Origin: Myxococcales bacterium UBA1238 | GTDB lineage: Bacteria; Myxococcota_A; Bradymonadia; UBA7976; UBA1532 | Direction of reading: 5' to 3' | Length of the DNA stretch: 64,000 nt | Assembly: GCA_002309015.1 (NCBI GenBank) | Contig: DBWM01000068.1 | Coordinates: 17,108 to 81,107, forward strand | In this document: positions 1 through 6,655 of the stretch, piece after piece | Layout of the letters: each line of letters opens with the position of its first letter | Numbering within the stretch: the first letter of the stretch is position 1 | Notes under the pieces: model-generated | Database searches by the model: none | What the model was told of the DNA's origin: nothing | Seen by the model: the letters and a program-made list of their open reading frames with translations, nothing else | Program-made: the position numbers and the translations under genes

Positions 1-601
1 TTGAAACCGATGGGCTGTCAATGACCGAGAATCGCCAGGGGGCCAGCTGGTCTTCGAGACGCGCATAACCGATGCCAACTCTGGGTCCACACAAGATTTT
101 TTCGTCCGGCAGCTTTTCGCCCTGAGCCAAAAACAGCAGGTCGCCATCCACCAAATCGCAGCCGCGCAAAGCGCCGTCTATCCTAAGCGCCTTACAAAGG
201 CAAGCCGGTCCTGAGCAAAGCAGATGATCGGCCACATGAGGTCGATTCTTTCGTAAAAGCTCAATATTTTCATCAGGTTCTGCTGCTCTCACCAGAACCG
301 CGCATGCCCTGCCCTCAGGCTCTGTCACCACATTTAAAAGCCAATGCATCCCGTACGAAAAATAAATATATGCGATCCCCGCAGGCCCAAACATCGGCGC
401 TGTCCGCTGCGTTCGACCGTGAGATGCATGGCAGGCGCTGTCTTCCTCCCCCACGTACGCCTCCAGTTCGACCAGACGGACGCTTACAAGCCCCTCAGGC
501 AACCGCCGCACGAGTTTCATGCCCAGCAGATTGCGCGCCACCTCGCAAGTGGGCGCCATCAAAGCCTCTCGCGACAGCCGCTCATAACGATCTTCAGTCA
601 T
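1..601 (-). CDS. mpg: DNA-3-methyladenine glycosylase (Mpg/AAG family); the 3' end runs off the left edge of the window
   Basis: Hand translation of the minus strand from ATG 601..599 gives MTEDRYERLSREALMAPTCEVARNLLGMKLVRR...GPAGIAYIYFSYGMHWLLNVV...CGPRVGIGYA...APWRFSV. No stop occurs before position 1, so it is missing from the ORF track. The motifs are typical of the Mpg family. Confidence 0.85.
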   Translation of the reverse strand, partial: MTEDRYERLSREALMAPTCEVARNLLGMKLVRRLPEGLVSVRLVELEAYVGEEDSACHASHGRTQRTAPMFGPAGIAYIYFSYGMHWLLNVVTEPEGRACAVLVRAAEPDENIELLRKNRPHVADHLLCSGPACLCKALRIDGALRGCDLVDGDLLFLAQGEKLPDEKILCGPRVGIGYARLEDQLAPWRFSVIDSPSVS

Positions 602-732
602 CTCAGTTCAACCCCGCTCATGCGTTCAAAAATTTGCGTTTTCGGTCTTCACAAAAAGCCGATTCAACAATACAAAAGCCCATCTTTGCGCTACAATGTA
701 ACGCTTTTTTGCACCAAAGCGATGGGGAAAAC

Positions 733-2151
733 ATGACGTCATCCGAACCCTTAATTGAGTCAAAACTCAGCGAAATTATTTCGGAATTATCGACAACAGC
801 GCCATGGACAACGCCCCCGTTAAAAGATCGGCTGATTTCGATTTGTACAGAACTTGAGACCCAGCGCGCATCCGTTCAAACCCTTCAGGCCAAAATCGAA
901 CAGCAGCAGACCCTGCTCGAGCTTTCCTGGCAGCAACAGGATTTAAACGCCGATGTCTATCTGAACGCCGCCCTCAATCAGGCCATGCGCCTTTTACACG
1001 CGAGCTGCGGCTTTTGCGCGATGCTCGATCCTCAATTGCGCATCGAAAAACTCGCCCAAAGATGCCTTGAAATTCCGCCCAGTTACAGCCTCTACGATCT
1101 GCCCATCGCCGAAGAACTGCTCCAGCGCGCCATCGACGAACAGCGACCGATTTTTGCCCAAAGTCGCCTCGATCAGAGCACCGCAGTCTGTATCCCCTTG
1201 ATTTGCAACGGAGAACTTCAGGGTATGATCTACCTTGAAGGCGATTCCGAACTGGCCACAGGTTTTGAGCAGCGTTTTTTGGTCGACGGCCTTTCGCGCA
1301 CCCTCGGTTGCAGCCTTTACCAATCCCGCGTTCAAACCACCGAACTGTTTCGAAAAGAGCTGCTCATCACCATGGCCCGCGAAATCTGCGCTCCCATGAG
1401 CGTGATCGACAGCCTCTCCGAAGAGCTCGCTCAATCGCCTCCAGCTCCAAATGAAATCCGCGAAATCGGCTACGATTTGACAGCCACAGCCCGCCGCATC
1501 TCGCATCTGGTCGTCGATGCCATTGAAATCTGCGACGGTTCCCCACAGCAGGAAGCAGAGCCTCAACTCATTGATTTACAACAGGAACTGACGCAGCACC
1601 TGAAGGCTTTTTATATCATCGCCCAAAGTCACGATTGTCAAATTAAGCTACACAATACAGAAGAGCCCTGCCAGATTGAAACGCTGCCGAAACGGCTCAA
1701 ATGGGTATTGAATCATATTATACACAGCTTTCTGCGCATCCTCTCACCCCAATCCACGCTTCAGATTTGGTTCTCATCCCGCAATGACGCAGGTCCGGAA
1801 ATCGCTCTGCACCGTCCTCTGGACGAAAGCGCGCCCCTCTTTTTGGACTTAGGCGAGCTGCATCCCCAGGAAAACTGCCGTTTTATCGAGATCAACTTTC
1901 AAAACCGCGAGCTTCAGCTGTCGCCTCCGATGCTCGACAAGCTGTTTCAGCCCTTCCGACAAGCACTCCTCGAAACCAACCCCACCATCCACGATCTTTG
2001 CCAGGGACTCACTTTAGCTGCACAATGCGCACGCACCCTTGGCGGTTGCATTTGGGTTACCTCCAACCCACAAATGGGCACCCATTGCCATTTTACGGTG
2101 CCCACCCACGTCATCACCCGTCTCGATGACGCCCGTTCGCTTTGGCAGTGA
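733..2151 (+). CDS. GAF-domain sensor with a degenerate histidine-kinase core (pseudo-kinase candidate)
   Basis: ORF track 304..2151. I place the start at ATG 733 (MTSSEPLIESK) because 304..601 is antisense to mpg. It has a GAF-like block (LLHASCGFCAMLDP...ICNGELQGMIYLEGD). The HisKA-like helix ITMAREICAPMSVI aligns to xxSHELRTPLxxI with Arg in place of His. The HATPase-like tail has VLNHIIHSF and QGLTLAAQCARTLGGCIWVTS but no DxGxG. Confidence 0.6.
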   Translation: MTSSEPLIESKLSEIISELSTTAPWTTPPLKDRLISICTELETQRASVQTLQAKIEQQQTLLELSWQQQDLNADVYLNAALNQAMRLLHASCGFCAMLDPQLRIEKLAQRCLEIPPSYSLYDLPIAEELLQRAIDEQRPIFAQSRLDQSTAVCIPLICNGELQGMIYLEGDSELATGFEQRFLVDGLSRTLGCSLYQSRVQTTELFRKELLITMAREICAPMSVIDSLSEELAQSPPAPNEIREIGYDLTATARRISHLVVDAIEICDGSPQQEAEPQLIDLQQELTQHLKAFYIIAQSHDCQIKLHNTEEPCQIETLPKRLKWVLNHIIHSFLRILSPQSTLQIWFSSRNDAGPEIALHRPLDESAPLFLDLGELHPQENCRFIEINFQNRELQLSPPMLDKLFQPFRQALLETNPTIHDLCQGLTLAAQCARTLGGCIWVTSNPQMGTHCHFTVPTHVITRLDDARSLWQ

Positions 2152-2158
2152 GGTTGTT

Positions 2159-4627
2159 ATGGAATCCGGAACGCTCCCCGTCGCAATTTTCACCTTTCGA
2201 GCGGCCGCTTTAAAGCGCGATCTCTTAATCAAGGGTCTGCAGCGCGTCCTGGAATTGCCCCAGGAAATGCGCGCGGATTTAACCCTCGGTTACCGCAGCA
2301 AAGACGAGAGCCTGATCCTGGTGGTCGAAGCGGGCACCCCTGTTCCCGAACTGGGCAAAATTCTGATGAATGCCCTGCAGCAGCCCAACATGCAATGTCT
2401 TGAGCTGCAGCCCGACAAAATGACGCCGGTCGAATTGCTCAAAGCCGTCCATCTCGCCCGCAACAGCTGCGACGCCTCCATTCAGGTCACCCAGGCGCTC
2501 CAGGCAGTGACCAAAATGCGCGAGATCATTCAGCGCCAATATCAGGGCCGAAACGCCAAGCTCGACGTCCAGCAACCCATCCGATTCCGACTCATCGGCA
2601 ACGGCACAGGCACCACATGCGCGGTCTCACCCAGCGAAATCGTCATCGCCACACAAGACAGGCTACCGCCCATTTCTGCTGAAATTCTCATCGATTACAA
2701 AGTTGGAGATGGCGCAGCCAGCCAGTTGATCGCGACCGTATTGCGTCACGAAGCATCGGGAACATTTGTCTGCAAACCCAAGACCGCAGAGACACAACCT
2801 GAGCCCCAAAAACAACCCAAAGCGACCCCCTCAAGGCTTTTGCATCTTGAGCTCAGCCAGGTTGAGGATGTTCAGCGCGAATATCGCCAAAACATCAGTT
2901 GCGGCGGCCTTTTTATCCCTACCAGCAATCCCCCCGACTGCGGCAGCGCCGTCACTGCAGAACTCCGCTTACCCAACGGCGAACTCGTCCGGTTTACGGC
3001 GGAAGTGGTCTACATCGTCACCGCCGAAGAAGCCAAAGACGGCCAGCCCTGCGGATGCGGCATTCAATTTGGCCCCATTTCAGCAGCCACGCAGCGCATT
3101 TTTGCCCAATATCTCGACAGCGAATCGCCGAGCGCTCAAAGCGGAGAAATCACGCCATCTCAGAGCGTTTCGATTCAATCATCAAATCCATCACAAAGCA
3201 TTCAGGCGGCACCGCAAACCGGTATCCGCAATCGCATCCTCAAAAAGCCGTCCATCCTGCAAAACGCATCCCCTGGAGACAGCAACCCCTTACCGACCAC
3301 CAGTCCTCTGCCCCATCTTCGCACGGGCGACATGCCCAGTTCAGAGACTGGAAAGCGATTGCCCACAAGGAACTTACCCCATCTTCCTACTGGAAAACTG
3401 CCGCCTCCCATTCCCGAGCATCTGACTTCGCCATCCAGCGCTCCAAACGCCGGCAAACCGGTTTCAAAAGCCAGCTCTTCCGTAGAAAAAATCGTTCAAA
3501 ATCAGCAAGATATAGAGATTCCTCCGCCACCAAAGCCCGAAGACATGATGCCCCTTTCGGATTTTGAAGCGGAATATTTGCCCATTTCGCTCACACCGCC
3601 GCCCCCCACGCCCGGCGAGCTTATTTTGCCCCCGCCGCCTCCTACGGAAGACAGCTTTTTGCCGATGCCCGAAGATGCAAACGATCCCGTTTTATCGCCG
3701 GGAGCAAGCATTCAATCTTCTTTTAAATCAATCGGTGCAGAATCCAAGAATCGCACCGGCATTACGCCCACTTACCTGCGATCCAACTCTTCTTTTGCAG
3801 CGATCTCCTTAGGCAGCAACGGCAATCCCACCATGCCCCCATTGCCCAACAGCGCAATGGCATCGACCGAACGCATGCGCGCATTGGCGCCTCAAAATCT
3901 CGAAGTTCCGCCACCTTACATCGAAGAGGCCCCCATGCCGCCGCCCCCAATCGACGATCCCAACCTGCCGCCACCCTATATGGATGATCCCGATATGCCG
4001 CCGCCTTATGACCCTGCGGCCGCATTGCCGTTGGAAGAAGAAACGCCTTTAATTCCACCTCGTTACGACGAATCTGTTGCCTCCGCTTATTTGGAATCTC
4101 CTGAGATTCCGCCACCTTACGCCGAATCTGCGCCGATGATGTCCTATGGCGATTCGATGTCTTATCCGCCCAGCGTCACGCCTGCACCGTTTCCGGACGA
4201 CAGCCTCAATTTTGCAGAAACGCCGCTTTCGAGCACGGAATTACAGCCTTTTTCGTCCAACGAAAGCCAACCGCTCTCGGGCAGCCATCGCTCCCATGGC
4301 TACCAAGTCGCCTGCTGCGCGCGCAATAATCCCTTCTGGAGAGCGCTCAAACGCCGCCTGACCAACTCCAACTGCAACGTTTACATGTGCAGCACCATCG
4401 ACGAACTGATTTACATCCCGAACCTGGCCCTCTGCCTGTTCGATGCCAGCCACCCCACCGCCAATCTCGAAGAGCAGGAGCGGCTCGTGAAAACCCTGCC
4501 CCCACAGGTTCGCCGCCTTCAGCTCACCGATGCCTCACAGGAATCCGAAGATTGTCTGTCTAAAACCCGCGGTGTCAACGCCATTTGCGATTACATCATC
4601 GAACTTCTCACCTTGCAAAACGCGTGA
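2159..4627 (+). CDS. PilZ-like domain protein with a long proline-rich linker (five PPxY motifs) and a receiver-like C-terminal domain
   Basis: ORF track 2039..4627. The ATG at 2159 is preceded by GAGG 5 nt upstream. The PilZ-like block is RLLHLELSQVEDVQREYRQNISCGGLFIPT...GCGIQFGP, with an NxSxxG motif present and no obvious RxxxR. A Pro-rich region spans about 3180..4300. The C-terminus YQVACCARN...LCLFDASHP resembles a receiver fold. Confidence 0.55.
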   Translation: MESGTLPVAIFTFRAAALKRDLLIKGLQRVLELPQEMRADLTLGYRSKDESLILVVEAGTPVPELGKILMNALQQPNMQCLELQPDKMTPVELLKAVHLARNSCDASIQVTQALQAVTKMREIIQRQYQGRNAKLDVQQPIRFRLIGNGTGTTCAVSPSEIVIATQDRLPPISAEILIDYKVGDGAASQLIATVLRHEASGTFVCKPKTAETQPEPQKQPKATPSRLLHLELSQVEDVQREYRQNISCGGLFIPTSNPPDCGSAVTAELRLPNGELVRFTAEVVYIVTAEEAKDGQPCGCGIQFGPISAATQRIFAQYLDSESPSAQSGEITPSQSVSIQSSNPSQSIQAAPQTGIRNRILKKPSILQNASPGDSNPLPTTSPLPHLRTGDMPSSETGKRLPTRNLPHLPTGKLPPPIPEHLTSPSSAPNAGKPVSKASSSVEKIVQNQQDIEIPPPPKPEDMMPLSDFEAEYLPISLTPPPPTPGELILPPPPPTEDSFLPMPEDANDPVLSPGASIQSSFKSIGAESKNRTGITPTYLRSNSSFAAISLGSNGNPTMPPLPNSAMASTERMRALAPQNLEVPPPYIEEAPMPPPPIDDPNLPPPYMDDPDMPPPYDPAAALPLEEETPLIPPRYDESVASAYLESPEIPPPYAESAPMMSYGDSMSYPPSVTPAPFPDDSLNFAETPLSSTELQPFSSNESQPLSGSHRSHGYQVACCARNNPFWRALKRRLTNSNCNVYMCSTIDELIYIPNLALCLFDASHPTANLEEQERLVKTLPPQVRRLQLTDASQESEDCLSKTRGVNAICDYIIELLTLQNA

Positions 4628-5814
4628 CTGCAAAACTCGCCCTTCAAAAGCTTTCGGCTTTTCTCAACCGCACGCAGGCCTATTGGAAACCGTCGCCTTT
4701 TGTGCACCGCAGGCTTTTATGGGAAGCTCAGGGGCTCGGCGAAACGCTCGATCGCTTAAGCTCCAGCCAGGAAATCGAAAACTGGCTTCAAACGGGGCCA
4801 TTGGCCGAAATCACCGCCGAAGCGCGACAACTCTCCATCGTTCCATCTTGCCCTTCAAAGCCCCTCAAACTGGGCCCCACGCCAAGAGTCCCAGGACGAA
4901 AACGCGAGCAAATTGAACGATTTATCGCTTGTCTGCTCCCTGTTCTGAGCCCGGTTTCCACCCCTTTCAGGCTGGTCGATTGGTGCGCAGGCAAATCTCA
5001 CCTGGGGCGCCTGCTGGCCGAAAATCTTTCAAAACCGCTGCTGGCGGTAGAGCTTCAGTCCAAACTTTGCGAACAAGGTTTAAAAGAATGCCAACTCCGC
5101 AAAATTGAAGCGGAATTTGATTGCACCGATGTTTTGACTTCGCCCCCGGCGCTTCGCCCCGACGATTTTTTGATCGCCCTCCACGCCTGCGGTGAACTCC
5201 ACGTAGCCTGCATTCAGGCCGCCCTCCGGCATCGCGTCCTGGGGCTCGCTTTTTCGCCCTGCTGCTACAACCGCCAGAATGTGATAGAGCAAAAACCGCT
5301 CTCACAGGCTGGGTTACAGAATTTTGTTCCATTCACTGAAAGCGATCTCGATTTCATTCACCGCGAACCAGACGTCGCATCCGAACACGACCGTCGCCTT
5401 TCAGAGCGCGATCGTATCTGGCGCCTGGGCTTCGATCTCTGGCAGCGCACCGCGTCCGGGCAGGACCAATACCGCTCTATGCCGCCCTTTCCTCACGCCT
5501 GGCTTCAGGGCAGCTTTACGGAATTCTGCTTTCGTTTTGCAGAGTTAGATGGTTTCAACTGTGAGGACTGGCCCGATCCCGCGCCCTTTGAGGCGCAAGG
5601 GGAACAGCGTTTTTTGCAGGTCAGCAGGCGGGAACAAATACGCGCAATCTTTCGAAAGCCCTTGGAATTATGGCTCTTTTTTGATCGCGTCTGTTGGCTC
5701 GAAGAAGAGGGATACCGCGTTCAATGGGGTGAATTCTGTCCGTGCAACGTTACGCCCAGAAATCTGATTTGCATTGCCACCAGAGAAGATACGGCTCAAA
5801 CCTGCTCACCCTGA
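4624..5814 (+). CDS. SAM-dependent methyltransferase (Methyltransf_32 / METTL25-like)
   Basis: ORF track 4585..5814. GTG 4624 overlaps the upstream TGA (GTGA). Motifs RLVDWCAGKSHLGRLL...AVELQ...LHACGELH...FSPCCYNR match the Methyltransf_32 pattern. Confidence 0.55.
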   Translation: MTAKLALQKLSAFLNRTQAYWKPSPFVHRRLLWEAQGLGETLDRLSSSQEIENWLQTGPLAEITAEARQLSIVPSCPSKPLKLGPTPRVPGRKREQIERFIACLLPVLSPVSTPFRLVDWCAGKSHLGRLLAENLSKPLLAVELQSKLCEQGLKECQLRKIEAEFDCTDVLTSPPALRPDDFLIALHACGELHVACIQAALRHRVLGLAFSPCCYNRQNVIEQKPLSQAGLQNFVPFTESDLDFIHREPDVASEHDRRLSERDRIWRLGFDLWQRTASGQDQYRSMPPFPHAWLQGSFTEFCFRFAELDGFNCEDWPDPAPFEAQGEQRFLQVSRREQIRAIFRKPLELWLFFDRVCWLEEEGYRVQWGEFCPCNVTPRNLICIATREDTAQTCSP

Positions 5815-6206
5815 GGCATCAGCAGCACGCGGGGCGAATCGAGCCGGCTGCGCACAAAATCGGCCACATGTTCATCAAAGGTGGCGTAATGCACAGAAAT
5901 CCGGCTTTGGGCCAGATTGAGCGCCGAAACAAAATCGAGCTCCGGCCCCTGCAACAACAGGGCCAGCTCCACCGCAGGCGCATCCTCAAGGGTCGCATTT
6001 TCGAGCCCGGCAATCGTTTTTAAGGCCGTCTGAATTTGCTCCGCATTGAGGCCGTAACGCGCCTTTAGAGTCGTTGCCACTTCGCAAAGCACCGTCTTTA
6101 AAATGAGCAGGTGATCGCTGCGCAACAGCTTCAACGCCGCCTTGGCATAAGCCGGATTCTCGCCTGTCATCGCGTAAATCAACACATCGGCTGCTGGCGT
6201 CAGCAT
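5796..6206 (-). CDS. PIN-domain toxin (VapC-like)
   Basis: This is the inner part of ORF 5796..6386, starting at ATG 6206 (MLTPAADVLIYA). The acidic residues are spaced as in PIN domains: D7, E in LCEVATT, D in ELDFVSALNL, and TFDEHV. It is coupled to the upstream AbrB-type gene. Confidence 0.6.
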   Translation of the reverse strand: MLTPAADVLIYAMTGENPAYAKAALKLLRSDHLLILKTVLCEVATTLKARYGLNAEQIQTALKTIAGLENATLEDAPAVELALLLQGPELDFVSALNLAQSRISVHYATFDEHVADFVRSRLDSPRVLLMPQGEQV

Positions 6207-6454
6207 TTCCTGTTGACCTCCTTCGTATTTTTCCCTAACTCCGCACCGTTCAAGGGAAAAACAGGTCCGTTCTGAGTCAGGCAATGCGCCAGATCGGCCA
6301 CCGTCGTGCGCTGAAAACCGCGCATCAGCCGCATCACCACGTAATCGCCGCGATCTTCCATATCGATCAGCTGACCAAACTGCCAACCATGCTTTTCCCT
6401 AATTTCTTTGGGGATCACGATTTGACCCTTGCTTGAGAGCGTTGTGCTGGGCAT
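6200..6454 (-). CDS. AbrB/SpoVT/MazE-family antitoxin
   Basis: This is the inner part of ORF 6200..6511. ATG 6454 is preceded by GGGAG 6 nt upstream. MPSTTLSSKGQIVIPKEIREKHGW is a classic SpoVT/AbrB swapped-hairpin motif. The stop overlaps the PIN gene start by 7 nt. Confidence 0.7.
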   Translation of the reverse strand: MPSTTLSSKGQIVIPKEIREKHGWQFGQLIDMEDRGDYVVMRLMRGFQRTTVADLAHCLTQNGPVFPLNGAELGKNTKEVNRKC

Positions 6455-6556
6455 TTCAAACTCCCGCGATGAGTAAGAATGAAATCTAACTTCAAGCCCC
6501 TTTTTCGTCAACTTTCACTCTGCTTTTTTGAGATCTGAACGCGCCCTGATTGTTTC

Positions 6557-6596
6557 ATATCTCCCGATGGACCAAGGACAATTGGAGATATTGACA
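6557..6596. promoter_or_regulatory. Inverted repeat ATATCTCC-N19-GGAGATAT abutting a TTGACA hexamer in the divergent intergenic region
   Basis: The arms lie at 6557..6564 and 6584..6591 and are perfect 8-bp complements. TTGACA at 6591..6596 overlaps the right arm. I found no convincing -10 element. Confidence 0.3.
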
Positions 6597-6655
6597 GATC
6601 GCCGGAAAGCGTTGACCATCTCTTGCATTCAGGCATGAGTTGCATGGCAAAAGAC

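Noticed and set aside
692-697. A TACAAT -10-like hexamer upstream of the GAF gene
   Set aside because: No acceptable -35 or extended -10 element occurs at 16-18 bp spacing, so I did not call a promoter.
304-732. The long N-terminal extension of ORF 304..2151 (and ORF 344..736)
   Set aside because: 304..601 is antisense to a well-supported mpg coding sequence, and the translated extension is Pro/Arg/Ala-rich junk. The GAF protein most likely starts at ATG 733.
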